Source: Octopus vulgaris (taxonomy: Eukaryota). Taken from it: a stretch of DNA of 64,000 nt. Position 1 is the first letter of the stretch; each line of letters opens with the position of its first letter. The notes under the pieces were generated by a model. It did not search any database. It saw nothing but the letters and a program-made list of their open reading frames with translations, and was not told where the DNA came from. The stretch spans positions 12,834,001 through 12,898,000 of the forward strand of contig OX597841.1 of the NCBI GenBank assembly GCA_951406725.2. The letters are read 5' to 3'. The translations under genes and the position numbers were made by a program. This document shows, piece after piece, positions 16,016 through 28,045 of this stretch.

Positions 16016-16507
16016 CTACAATGAAAAACATTAGATAATGTAGTCCTAGGTACACTGTGGCTGACTAGGTGCAGACATTAATGCTGGAATACCTTTACTC
16101 ATGGGTCTGTTGGACCTGGAATTACCTGGGGCCATACAACAGCAACAAGGAAGGGGACACTGGATGATATAATCCAAGATTTGCTATGTCTGAATATAAG
16201 TTGAGATGGTCATGATTGGAACTTCCCTGATCATAGGTTTACTGTATTAGAATAATAACAAGATGAAACAACTCTTTTTTCAGAGAGGAATTTGGCCATT
16301 TTCCAATAAAGTGAGTAAAAGACGGAGAAGAGAATAATTATCCCCAGGAAGACCAAACAGCTAAGTGGACTATGGTAGGGTTTGAACTCAGAGTGTAAAG
16401 AGCCAGAAAAAAATCCTGCAAAGCATTTTATCCAACATGCTGCTGATGATGATGATGATGATGATGAATGATGATGATGATAATAATAATAATAATAATG
16501 TTTTGTG

Positions 16508-16995
16508 TTGGTATAAAAGATGGGCTACAGCAAATATTCTGCTCAATACCACAGATTTGCTTGTCAGTTGTTTGACCTTAACCAGTTGAGTATGTCCCTT
16601 AGTGGCTGACGATATGTGCATCTCTGATCACGAGCAGAAGTAGTGGGGGAGCATCATAGCCATATGTTGAGAGGGATTCTTTGGGGTTTGAATAATTCAC
16701 CTTTGGAAACATGGGTGGTTCTTTCAACATCCTTAAACAACCCTTATTCAGGGACCTTTTGAGCGGGATGGGCTACTCAACCTGAAGAAAATTCTAACTG
16801 GGTCCCACATGCAAGGTCATGTGCTGTTTATCTTGATATGAGATCACCATGTCACACATGTATGGTTGTGATGCATGTGCCTGGTGTACCCTTATCAGAC
16901 GGGTAGTCATGATGGGTATACTGGGCTTCGTATATTTTACCTCAGTGTCACTTTGATGGCATGCACTGCTCTGCTCTCTCACTCAATAATAATAA
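16508..16995 (+). mobile_element. ~490-bp interspersed repeat with (AAT)n tail (family D), copy 1
   Basis: Near-identical to 21133-21620; embedded in (AAT)n runs. Confidence 0.75.
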
Positions 16996-17169
16996 TAATC
17001 CTTTCTACTATAGGCACAAGGCCTGAAATTTTCTTGTGGCAGGGCAGTGAATTAGATCAATCCCCAGTATGCAACTGGTACTTAATTCATCACCCCAGAA
17101 AGGAAGAAAGGCAAAGTCGACCTCAGCAGAATTTGAACGCAGGAGGAGAATAATAATAATAATAATAAC

Positions 17170-17307
17170 CTTCACATCCAAAGAACAAGAATGTATCTAA
17201 AGCATAATCAGCCGACTTTGCCTCTGTGTCTCGCAGGAGTGTGTAAGATCCATGGGACCACATTCGGACTTCATGGCTACAGCTGGCTTCACTGCTATCA
17301 GGGGTAC
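17170..17307 (-). CDS. OGFOD1: OGFOD1 exon 11
   Basis: (G)TPDSSEASCSHEVRMWSHGSYTLLRDTEAKSADYALDTFLFFGCE, similar to OGFOD1 ELRHWKTGHYTL...ALDLILYCGCEG. Confidence 0.93.
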
Positions 17308-17570
17308 CTGGGAAATAAGAAAAATTAAAAAAACATATACAGGTGTATCAAATACCATTCAGCATAAATTACTGTTTTTACCTTTTACTTGTTCCAGTTG
17401 AATGAATCAACCCCAGGAAATACTTTTTTTGTTTTTGTAAAGTCTGATAATTATTCTATTGGTGTCTTTTGTCGAACTGCTAAGTTACAGGGACATAAAC
17501 AAACCAACACTGGTTGACAAGTAGTGGTAAGGACAAACACATGTACTAAGACACACACACACACACATGA

Positions 17571-17612
<42 letters not shown>

Positions 17613-17615
<3 letters not shown>

Positions 17616-18013
17616 CGTAGGAGTGGCTGTGTGGTAAGTAGCTTGCTTACCAGCCACATGGTTCCGGGTTCAGTCCCACTGTATGGCACCTTGGGCAAGT
17701 GTCTTCTACAATAGCCTCGGGCCAACCAAAGCCTTGTGAGTGGTTTTGATAGACGGAAACTGAAAGAAGCTCGTCATATATATGTATATATATATGTATA
17801 TGTTTGTGTGTCTGTGTTTGTCCTCCCAACATCACTTGACAACCGATGCTGGTGTGTTTACGTCTCCGTAACTTAGCGGTTCAGCAAAAAACACTGATAG
17901 AATAAGTACCAAGCTTACAAAGAATAAGTTCTGGGAGTGGATTTGCTCGACTAAAAGCAATGCTCCAGCATGGCCGCAGTCACATGACTGAAACAAGTAA
18001 AAGAGTAAGAGAG
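17613..18013 (+). mobile_element. SINE family A, full length
   Basis: A-box tggctgtgtgg, B-box ggttcagtccc, CORE-like block and 3' tail. Confidence 0.88.
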
Positions 18014-18026
18014 TATATATATATAT

Positions 18027-18245
18027 CAGTGGTTTTCAACCAGGGTTCCGCGGAACCTTAGGGTTCCGCCAGTACAGTCCAGGGGTTCCGCAAGAAGTTA
18101 CAAAACCGCTAAAATCGGCAGTAATTTCTAATTCTCCTGTGCAGATATGTGTGCATAAGACAATTAAATTATTGCACAGGGGTTCCTCAAGCCAGTGGAA
18201 TGTTTCCTTGGGGTTCCGCTCCAGCAAAAAGTTTGAAAAGCACTG
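18027..18245 (-). mobile_element. hAT-like MITE, copy 2
   Basis: Reverse complement of 10747-10947; atatatat on both flanks. Confidence 0.8.
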
Positions 18246-18335
18246 ATATATATAATTGTTAAAGAGGACAACAAACATTAAGTCAAGACAAACATCTCAA
18301 GTCTTATGCAATATTGTTATTGGAAAAAATTCAAA

Positions 18336-18391
18336 GTCTTACAGCTGTTTCTGGGATATCAGCGCGAATGGGATATTCCGTCATCAGAGAC
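18336..18391 (-). ncRNA. Minimal type-I hammerhead ribozyme motif
   Basis: Minus strand gtct-CTGATGA-c-ggaatatc(ccattcgcgct)gatatccc-a-GAAA-cagctg-TA^agac: intact core, stem I gtct/agac, palindromic stem III ACAGCTGT. Confidence 0.8.
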
Positions 18392-18861
18392 AAATAGGGA
18401 AAATGAGAAGGGTTTATATATATATTAATGAGATGACGACATAGAGGAAGGGAGTAAAAGAATAAGGAGATGGAAAGAGAGAAGAAAAAAGAAGCATAAA
18501 AGTTCATAGTTCAACTTTCTGAAGTTATAGAAACGAGTCCTTGGGTGCAAAATCCTGCGTGGATCCATGATGTGGGTTAAAAGTCCTGACGCGGTAGACA
18601 TCCTGAGATGTTATTGACTGTTGATATGTTCGTGTCTTTTGTCTCAGGAGGTTTACTCCATCAGGATTTGAACCCACGTGAATCTACGCAGGACTGGACC
18701 GGAGGAAAATGAACCAAGGGGAATAACTCAGGGGCCAGTGACATCTCTTTGAACAACAGATAAAAACGTGTGTGTATGCGTGTGTGTGTGCATGGACTCA
18801 CGTGAACACACACCTGTCATCAGCCTCGTCAAATCCATTTACCATATGAGCATGGGTGTCC

Positions 18862-18893
<32 letters not shown>

Positions 18894-19599
18894 ATATAAG
18901 AGGGATGACCACTATATATACATTATGCTAGAGGTAGACATCATATGGTCTGACCCCATATGGGGTCTACCTCTAGCATAATAGATGTCCACTTAGTGGT
19001 CATCTCTCTTATATGTATGTAATATAATTTTTCTGATGCTTGGCCACTGGTTTTAAATTGATATTAATCAAATTAATATTCAATTTGTTCACCCTTAATA
19101 TTTAAATATATATTTCGTTTTTTGGATTTGGTTTGCAAGATTCTTTATGTGAGTTCGTGTGTTGAAGCATTTTCTGTTGTGTCTGGGGAGGGTCATTCTC
19201 TTTAGATGCCTTCCTCATTTAACATCCATTGTCCATGCTGGTATGGGTTGGACAGTTTCACCAGGGCTGGCACGCTGGAAGGCTGCACCAGACTCCAGTC
19301 TGATTTGGCAGGGTTTCCACAGCTGGATGACCTTCCTAATGCCAACCACTCCAAGACTGTAGTACATCGGTAATTATCTTGACTTGTAATAAAGCATTAA
19401 AACTTTCGACTTTTAGTACATCCTTGAGGCTAATGGTGGAGCCTGAAGCCCTCAAAGCATTTTGGCTGGGATTAGCATAAAAACTGAAGACTGAAGCAAG
19501 TAAAAGAGTTTATAGGGAGAGTGAGAGAGAAGGTGACCAAAGATGACAGACGTTAGAAGGGGTTACCTAAGGGGCCAGAGCAACAATAACACAACTTAC

Positions 19600-20117
19600 C
19601 TTTCTCCGGCCGAGCTTTGACCGTTTCGCTATCGCCACTTGTGACCGCTGGAAGACTACACTTACTGGTCTCTGTATTGGTCACCTTAGTTGACTGCTGT
19701 CCAGCTGGTTCGGAGGAGGAGGAGGTCGATGAAGGGGTGGTGGTGGTGGTGGTGGTGGTGGGGCCATCATTGGGGCCAACTGAGACGGCTTCTGCACTGC
19801 TCCGACTGGAACAGCCATCTTTCTGGGACTTTCCGAGGTTTTTCCTGTTCTCAGCGGAGACTCTGCTGTTCTGGGGGTCGATCCGGACATTTGTGTTGTT
19901 GTTGTTTTTATCATTTCTGCCTTCAGGGCTCTGATGACTGTCAGTGTCATCGCTGACGTTGTCCTCGTCATCGTCATCACTGACCGGAGCGTCCTTGTGG
20001 AGCTTCAGACCAGTTAGGTTCGAGAGGAAGAGAAACATAATTTCCGACTGAAGCAGCCGGAGACAGTCGGCGATAATCTTGGGGAATGTTCCAGGGTTAG
20101 CAGCCACAGAGTAGTTC
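19600..20117 (-). CDS. OGFOD1: OGFOD1 exon 10
   Basis: (R)NYSVAANPGTFPKIIADCLRLLQSEIMFLFLSNLTGLKLH followed by a long D/N/S/T-rich linker; tgcag acceptor, gtaagt donor. Confidence 0.92.
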
Positions 20118-20192
20118 CTGCAACGACAACAACAACATCATCCTCATTATTTTAATCTTCACTTTTCCATGGGTTAGATGGGGTACATCAAG

Positions 20193-20463
20193 CAGGGCTG
20201 TGGAGTCAGAGTCAGAAATAATTAAAGCATAGCTGGAGTCAGAGTCGGTAAAACTATACTGACTCTGACTCGCGATATCTTTATTCTTTAATCTAAACCA
20301 GTTATGAGATACAGGCCGACTCAAAGTACAAACGTATGCTTTATGTGGCATGTAGACCACAATCACTTGATTACATAAAGAGGAGTCAGAGTCGGAGTCA
20401 GGGGTGCCAATAGTAGAGGAGTCAGAGCTGGAATCAGTTATTTGTTCCGACTCCACAGCCCTG
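20193..20463. mobile_element. MITE with CAGGGCTGTGGAGTC terminal inverted repeats and internal GAGTC(A/G) subrepeats (hAT-like)
   Basis: TIRs cagggctgtggagtcaga / tccgactccacagccctg; no clear TSD. Confidence 0.7.
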
Positions 20464-20473
20464 GTTTTAACGT

Positions 20474-20507
<34 letters not shown>

Positions 20508-21132
20508 ATAACATACACCACACGCCCGACAGAATACTAACATAGCAAGAAACTAAAGCCCATAACAAGACAAACGGGTAGAGGAGACCAACAGGAAGAG
20601 CAAAGGGGGCAGAGGAAAGACGCATGAAATTGCCAAAGAGAAATAACGATTATCAGGTAAAGGGAGACAACTTCCTTTTACATCAATTCATCCACCCGCA
20701 GCACATTCCCAAGGCACACAGAGCTGAATAATAATCCTTTCTACTGGAAACACAAGGCCTCAAATTTGGGAGAAGCGATTAAGTCGATTACATCGACCCC
20801 CAGTGCGTAACTGGTACTTATTTAATCGACCCAGAAAGGATGAAAGGCAAAGTCGTCCCAAGCGAAATTTGAACTCTGAACATGGTGCTTTGCAAAAAGT
20901 CAATAACAATGAAAAAATATAACAAAGAACATGACTAAAGGAGGCAAGCAACTCAGGGCTGCTCATGGAGACCCCAAGAAAAGTCTACAAGTGCCCCGAA
21001 CACTAAGGCAAGAGCCCTCTCTCTCTCTCAGCCTTGGAAACTCAAAAGCACATGCTCAAAGCAGGCCCCTTGACACGGACCACCTTTGCCACATTCACCC
21101 ACCTACCAACAAATAATAATAATAATATCGTC

Positions 21133-21620
21133 CTGGTATAAAAGATGGGCTACAGCAAATATTCTGCTCAATACCACAGATTTGCTTATCAGTTGTTTGA
21201 CCGTAACCAGTTGAGCATGTCCCTTAGTGGCTGACGATATGTGCATCTCTGATCACGAGCAGAAGTAGTGGGGGAGCATCATAGCCATGTGTTGAGAGGG
21301 ATTCTTTGGGGTTTGAATAATTCACCTTTGGAAGCATGGGTGGTTTGTTCAACATCCTTAAACAACCCTTATTCAGGGACCTTTTGAGCGGGATGGGCTA
21401 CTCAACCTGAAGAAAATTCTAACTGGGCCCCACCTGCAAGGTCATGTGCTGTTTATCTTGATATGAGATCACCATGTCGCGCACATATGGTTGTGATGCA
21501 TGTGCCTGGTGTACCCTTATCGGACAGGTAGTCGTGATGGGTACATTGGGCTTCGTATATTTGTACCCCAGTGTCACTTTGATGGCATGAACTGCTCTCT
21601 CACTCAATAATAATAATAAT
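21133..21620 (+). mobile_element. Family D repeat, copy 2
   Basis: Near-identical to 16508-16995. Confidence 0.75.
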
Positions 21621-21919
21621 AATAATGGTAATCTTTTCTACTAAAGGCACAAGGCCTGAAATTTGCAGAGAGAGGCTAAGTCGATTACATCAACACCAGT
21701 GCGTAACTGGTACTTATTTTATTGACCCCGAAAGAATAAAAGGCAAAGATTTGAACTCATAACATAAAATTGCCAAAAGCAATACCACAAGGTATCTTGT
21801 TTGGTGTTCAAAGAATTCTTCCAGTCGACAATCCTACGTGTTTTACAGATATCGGAAGAGAAGGAAAGGAGTGTGAAGAGGAAGAGGGTAAGGTGATAGT
21901 GACCATGTAAAGGAAATAC

Positions 21920-21999
21920 CTTTGGTTGGCAGGGCCTCGATGGACCCACTCAATCTGGCTCTGTAAGAAGGCGTCATTCACTGCTGAATATTTCTCTGG
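21920..21999 (-). CDS. OGFOD1: OGFOD1 exon 9
   Basis: PEKYSAVNDAFLQSQIEWVHRGPANQ(R); conserved W..RGP.N.R motif. Confidence 0.93.
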
Positions 22000-22297
22000 C
22001 TGAAAGATCAGACGAGAGGAAAAGAAAATGAAACAGCAATGGAAACAGACACAAAGAAAGAATTGGGGGAGAGGTTTGTCATCAACCAAGCTTTACCTGC
22101 TAGAAATAGCAACCAAAATACTTTTAAATCAGATCCCAATGCTAGATATTCAAGAACCAAATGAAGGGCAGATATTCAATCCTGGGATAATCCTGATTCC
22201 AAAAAGGTATAAAATGTCTATGTAGAACAAAAGTAGACTGAGATACAGGGATCCCGGACGGACAGAATTTCATGTTTTTATTATTATAGATTAATTA

Positions 22298-22336
<39 letters not shown>

Positions 22337-22513
22337 TGTGTACAGTGCTCAGGTGCACTACAACTCATCTAAAGTGTATATATAGTCAGGTGTAGTTTCG
22401 GCGGATTTCGGAAAGCATGAGGGCCTTAAAGGATGCAGTGTCATAAAATTCAAACAGTTTACATCGTTCAACACATACAAACATTGAAAGTGAAGGAATA
22501 CAAATGTACCAAC

Positions 22514-22627
22514 CTTAAGGAAATCCTGGAGCTGTATTTCAGACTCGAGTTCAAATTTCTCTCTAATTTCCGACTGGACTTCGAGATCAAGGTAGGAAGG
22601 GTTCACCCACTCAAACAACAGATCTGT
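22514..22627 (-). CDS. OGFOD1: OGFOD1 exon 8
   Basis: TDLLFEWVNPSYLDLEVQSEIREKFELESEIQLQDFLK. Confidence 0.94.
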
Positions 22628-23002
22628 CTTGGAGAGGTAAAATATATTCATGAGTAACAGCTGATACTCAGGATATAGGTCATGCGATGCGAAAGGAAAT
22701 GCAGGGTACGAGTGGCTGTGGCAGGGATGGCAATAATGGTGGGGGTGACCAGTTGGACAAGAGCTTGCAAGTCAGAAGATGAGCCAAAGCTCCACTGCCT
22801 TCTCCTTTAGCAAGCTTTCTATGGCTGAATGCCCTTCCTAATGCTAAACAGAGTTGACTGGGTTCTTTTTACATGACACAGGCCCCAGTGAGGTCATCAA
22901 GTAACTCACAAGACAAGATACAGCCCCCTTGATGGGGCCAGTAGTACTGAGGGTCTCCCAGCTCCTTGGAGCCTGTCAAAAGCATCTGACCTCCTTCATC
23001 AT

Positions 23003-23155
23003 CATCATTGTTCGACTGTGGTCGAGACAATGGAATTTACCATGCTACGCCAGACTTCACGGTCCACCATGGCATTACGGAGGTCCTGTTGCTAGATGCC
23101 TGTATCCCTGGAGATTACATCAGGGTAGGAAAGTGTGCGCCCTCTGGTACTGCGA
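23003..23155 (-). mobile_element. RTE-like LINE 3' end fragment
   Basis: Reverse-complement match to 53950-54105. Confidence 0.7.
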
Positions 23156-23202
23156 TGAATGTTAAAAGATGATAAAGATGACAATGATGATGATGATGAT
23201 GC

Positions 23203-23669
23203 TGCCCTGGGTCAAGAGAGTGGTTGCTGGAAGACTCTGTGTCTGGCAACAGGACTCTTCACCTTGCCACACAAGCAGAAGAACCCAGTCATGGCTTTCA
23301 GACAATTCCTGCGACCACATCTGGTCACCAAACTCCCCAACCTTGCAAGCCCTTTGATTATTATGTGTGGGGTGCAGTTGAACGAGAGACCAACAAAACT
23401 CCTTGTAAGACCAAAGATGAACTAAAGGTAAGGATTATGACAGCATTGACCAACTTAAACAAGGAGACCGTCCAGAAGAGTTGCAGGAGATTCCAAAGTC
23501 GTCTGGAGGCCATGGTTGAAGCCAAAAGGGGATTTTATTGAATCAATTTACTCTTTAGTATTTCAAGGTATTTTTATATAATTTTGGTAAATATATCTGT
23601 TAAAATGAGATGTCTGTGTTATTTTCATTTTTGCTTAATTTAGACAACAGTTTATTTCCCACACCCTGG
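23203..23669 (+). mobile_element. Tc1/mariner-superfamily (DDxD) transposase 3' fragment with right end
   Basis: WQQDSSPCHTSRRTQSWL...WSPNSP / PFDYYVWGAVE...CRRFQSRLEAMVEA, with a frameshift; ends in cacaccctg. Confidence 0.85.
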
Positions 23670-24375
23670 ATATATATGTATACACATCATATTAGCATAT
23701 ATGTGTGCCCCAATTACACATACACACAATAGCCTTACAAAACAGTTTACTGCAGTGGTGGTGTACATGCCTCTCTTCCAAAGCTGAAGGGATCGTACCA
23801 TGCTGTTTGACTGGCCTATTACACTGCTAGAATTAGCAGCCAAATCTCCCTCAAGTCACACTACTGTCTTCAAAATTGAAGAACACATTAGTTAATAGTT
23901 TTAGATACACTATGTCTGAATAAAAGATGTGATGGTCATGGCTGGAAGATCTTTGATCATAAATCTGCTTGGATCAGAGATGAACTGAGACTAAACAAAA
24001 AGGAAGGGCAAGGAAGGACACATTAGATAATATAATCCTAGATAGACCATGTCTGAACAAAAGATGGGATTATCACCGTTTGAAGGAGTCTACAACATTA
24101 ACCCCAACCCCCCAGGACAACAGATGATAATTTAAAACTTCTTAATATATTGGAGAGGGGGTAATTAACCAAAGGGGGTAGTTGTCCTGATATGGTTTGA
24201 ACATTTTTTAACATACTGGATCAGGGCTGACCTGGGGCTAAACAGCAGCGCTTGTCATCTCAACAGCACACAGATCCCAGATCTGCTGGGGTAGCCATGT
24301 GTCCACGGGGACTTTGTAGGGTTGGATAAAGGGCCTCAGTGAAGGAGGGAGCAGAAAGCAATGAAGCAGCCTTAC

Positions 24376-24507
24376 CTCTGACTCAAGAGATGGACACAAG
24401 GGGAGCTTACTGGACTGTCCAACTTCAGGGTTCCGGGGCAGGCTGGGTCCATGGAACCATCCAGACACTGAAAGGCGAGTCTTTTCTTTCGACAGAACTT
24501 CAGACAC
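24376..24507 (-). CDS. OGFOD1: OGFOD1 exon 7
   Basis: VSEVLSKEKTRLSVSGWFHGP...; 2-oxoglutarate-binding RLS.SGWF motif. Confidence 0.96.
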
Positions 24508-24693
24508 CTGAAAATTGGACAATATATAATACGTTATCTTCATCATCGTTTAACGTCTGTTTTCCATGCTGAAAATCTCTCGTTATGAGATTTAAAAATA
24601 GTAATTTTCTAATTTATAAATCAGTGACTGGTTGTCACTTTGAATATATTTCGAATGGGAACTTAGCAGCGCCACCTCTAGCCGAACAATTAT

Positions 24694-24737
24694 TCTGTGC
24701 TGATGAAGGGAAATAACCCAGAAATCAGATACACAGA
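24694..24737 (+). ncRNA. Minimal type-I hammerhead ribozyme motif
   Basis: tctgtg-CTGATGA-a-ggg(aaataa)ccc-a-GAAA-tcaga-TA^cacaga: intact core, 6-bp stem I, quasi-palindromic stem III ATCAGAT. Confidence 0.78.
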
Positions 24738-24954
24738 TATTGTTTTGATCTGATTTGGGGTGCTAGATTCCTTTATTGAAGAATATAAGGACACAGATTG
24801 TGTTGTATAGCCAGCTGGAGACAATGTTTCCTGGGGCTAAATTACAGTAACATTCATCCTAAACCAGGACTGCCATGTTATGTTGGCAAACAATCTTTAC
24901 TACATGGCTATAAATTCTAAAGAACATCTGGAGAAATAACCGTAACAAAATAAT

Positions 24955-25062
24955 CTAGACCTTTCTTCTACACCTGGAACTTCTTCTCTAGTTCTGGTAT
25001 TGATTCAGCTATAAGAGCAAGGTCATCAGCATCGAGGAGGAGCACCCAGGGGCAGCCTGCTG
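24955..25062 (-). mobile_element. LINE reverse transcriptase fragment (RTE-like), decayed
   Basis: GCPWVLLLDADDLALIAESIPELEKKFQV*KKGL, the YADD region. Confidence 0.7.
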
Positions 25063-25209
25063 CCCTCTAGATGAGCTTATGAAACAAATGGGATATTTGA
25101 TGCTGAGCTGGTGGAGTTTACAATTAAAAATGCTAAGGAACCAAGAATTCTTTGAAAGTTTAGCTTTTGAAAAGTTAATAAAGACAATAAAGAAATTTTA
25201 TTCACAAAA

Positions 25210-25608
25210 GCGCAGGAGTGGCTGTGTGGTAAGTAGTTTGCTAACCAACCACATGGTTCTGGGTTCAGTCCCACTGCGTGGCATCTTGGGCAAGTGTCTT
25301 CTGCTATAGCCCCGGGCCGACCAATGCCTTGTGAGTGGATTTGGTAGACGGAAACTGAAAGAAGCCTGTCGTATATATGTATATGTGTGTGTATCTGTGT
25401 GTCTGTGTTTGTCCTCCTAGCATTGCTTGACAACCGATGCTGGTGTGTTTACGTCCCCGTCACTTAGCGGTTCGGCAAAAGAGACTGATAGAATAAGTAC
25501 TGGGCTTACAAAGAATAAGTCCCGGGGTCGATTTGCTCGACTAAAGGCGGTGCTCCAGCATGGCCGCAGTCAAATAACTGAAACAAGTAAAAGAGTAAAA
25601 GAGTAAAA
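25210..25608 (+). mobile_element. SINE family A, full length
   Basis: A/B boxes, CORE-like block and 3' tail. Confidence 0.88.
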
Positions 25609-25817
25609 GCAGGAAGAGAATATCTGCAGGACAGGAACTGCAGAAGACCCCTAATGCTAAAAGAATGGTAAATATCTGGTCAGTTAGGGAGAGACTTAAA
25701 GACAAAAGGGTCAGAAGAACCAAGGAGGTGAAGGGGGAATGAATTTTGGGTTTTTTATTGAAAGCAACAACAAGAAAAGGTAAAAACGTATTAAAAAGAA
25801 ACTGTGGAAGTCATAAC

Positions 25818-25909
25818 CTGGTGGAAAGACTGAGGAGACACTTCGAAAAAGGTAAACTGGTTCCAGGCAGGGAGGACCGACTTGACGACTTTGGTCGGTT
25901 GATTAACCT
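25818..25909 (-). CDS. OGFOD1: OGFOD1 exon 6
   Basis: (E)[30 protein letters not shown]; contains the distal iron-binding His. Confidence 0.96.
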
Positions 25910-26035
25910 CTGAAAATACACAAAGAAAACATGACAAGTTCACAATTAATTAACATTTCACACATCCATGATGATGATGATGATGATGATGATGATATCA
26001 TTAACGCTTCAACATTCATATTATTCTGTCAAATT

Positions 26036-26440
26036 AAGACGGCGAGCTGGCAGAAACATTAGCACGCCGGGCGAAATTCTGATCGATATTTCGTCTGCCG
26101 TTACGTTCTGAGTTCAAATTCCGCCGAGGTCGACTTTGCCTTTCATCCTTTTGAGGTCGATTAAATTAAGTAGTAGTTACACACTGGGGTCGATGTAATC
26201 AACTTAATCCGTTTGTCTGTCCTTGTTTGTCCCCTCTGTGTTTAGCCCCTTGTGGGTAGTAAAAGAAATAGGTATTTTGCTCATTGCTGCGTTGTGAGTT
26301 CAAATTCTGCCAAGGCCAACTTAGCCTTTCGTCCTTTCGGGGGGGGGGGGAATTAAGTACCAGTTACACGCTGGGGTCAATGTAATCAACTATCCCCCTC
26401 CCCCAAATTTCAGGCCTTGTGCCTTATAATAGAAAGGATT
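26036..26440 (+). mobile_element. SINE family B, dimeric
   Basis: Matches other family B copies. Confidence 0.85.
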
Positions 26441-26502
26441 ATTCTGTCAAACATAATACTTATTTAATCTCACTGTTTTTAATTAATCTGCTTTATCTTG
26501 TG

Positions 26503-26722
26503 ACTCTCTTTTTACTCCTTTACTTGTTTCAGTCATTTGACTGCGGCCATGCTGGAGCAACGCCTTTAATCGAGCAACTCGACCCCGGAACTTATTCTTT
26601 TGTAAGCCCAGTATTTTATTCTATCGGTCTCTTTTGCCGAACCGCTAAGTGACGGGGACGTAAACACACCAGCATCAGTTGTCAAGCAATGCTAGGGGGA
26701 CAAACACAGACACATACACATA

Positions 26723-26753
<31 letters not shown>

Positions 26754-26924
26754 ACATACATATATACGACGGGCTTCTTTCAGTTTCCGTCTACCAAATC
26801 CACTCACAAGGCTTTGGTCAGCCTGAGGCTATAGTAGAAGACACTTGCCCAGGGTGCCACGCAGTGGGACTGAACCCGGAACCATGTGGTTGGTAAGCAA
26901 GCTACTTACCACACAGCCACTCCT
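26503..26924 (-). mobile_element. SINE family A, full length, inverted relative to 25210-25608
   Basis: Reverse complement of the family A sequence. Confidence 0.88.
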
Positions 26925-27336
26925 GGAATGGTATTGTAAGGTTGGTGTGAGAGGCCAGATCCGGCCAGTTTGAACATAAAACATGGAATATTTTGGCCAG
27001 TTTAAATGCCAAAGTGTGAAGGTGGTCAGCTGGCAGAACCATTAAGACACCAGACAAAACGCTTAGCAGCAGTTTGTCAGTCTTCAGGTTCTGAGTTCAA
27101 ATTCTGCCAAAGTTGATTTAACTTTCACCTTTTCATAGTTTAACTAGTTTAGATTAATTTTAGGGTCTCTAATACACCCTGGGTTCATCGTTGTTGTCAT
27201 CATCACCATTTTCATGTCCAGGTTTCCATGCTTGCATGAGTCACATGAAACTTGCTGAGGCAAAATATCTTCTCTACTCAGATGCTCTCCCTTCCACCAA
27301 CCCTCACTTGTGTCTAAACAAAGCAATATTTTCTCT

Positions 27337-27613
27337 GTGGAGGCACATGGCCTAGTGGTTAGAGTAGCAGACTCGCGGTAGAGGGATTGCGGGTTCGAAT
27401 CTCAGACTGGGCGATGTGTGTGTTTATGAGTGAAACACCTAAGCTCCATGCGGCTCCAGAAGAAGGTAATGGCGAACTTCTGCTGACTCTTTCACCACAA
27501 CTTTCACTCTTTCCTCCTGCATCTTGCAGCTCACCTGCGACGGACTGGCATCCTGTCCAGGTGGGAAACCTATACGCCAAAGAAACCGGGAAACTGGCCC
27601 TTATGAGCCAGGC
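27337..27613 (+). mobile_element. tRNA-derived SINE family E (V-domain-like)
   Basis: A-box tggcctagtgg, B-box ggttcgaatct, and gacggactggcatcctgtccagg block; relative at 46110-46356 on the minus strand. Confidence 0.75.
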
Positions 27614-27754
27614 AAAACATGAACAGTTCAACAGCCAAACCTGTTTTGCATGTCTGATCCCTAATGGATGCCCCTGTTTTTGCATAAATGGTGATTTTGG
27701 CCTTTGTTTGCAGTCATCATGCAAATGTCAAGACTAAGAAACACAAACACACAC

Positions 27755-27980
27755 ATACATATATACACTCCTATACATATATATACTCCTATACATAAAT
27801 ATACACCCCTATACATACATATACACTCCTATACATACATATACACTCCTATACATACATATACACTCCTATACATATAAATATATATATATATACACCC
27901 CTATACACATATATACACTCCTATACATATATATACCCTCCTATACATACATATATACTCCTATACATACATATACACTC

Positions 27981-28025
<45 letters not shown>

Positions 28026-28045
28026 CACCCCTATACATACATATA
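27755..28045. repeat. ~22-bp minisatellite (catacatatatacactcctata)n
   Basis: Directly visible tandem units. Confidence 0.85.

Noticed and set aside
27340-27415. tRNA gene
   Set aside because: A/B boxes are present but there is no complete acceptor stem; it continues into a SINE body
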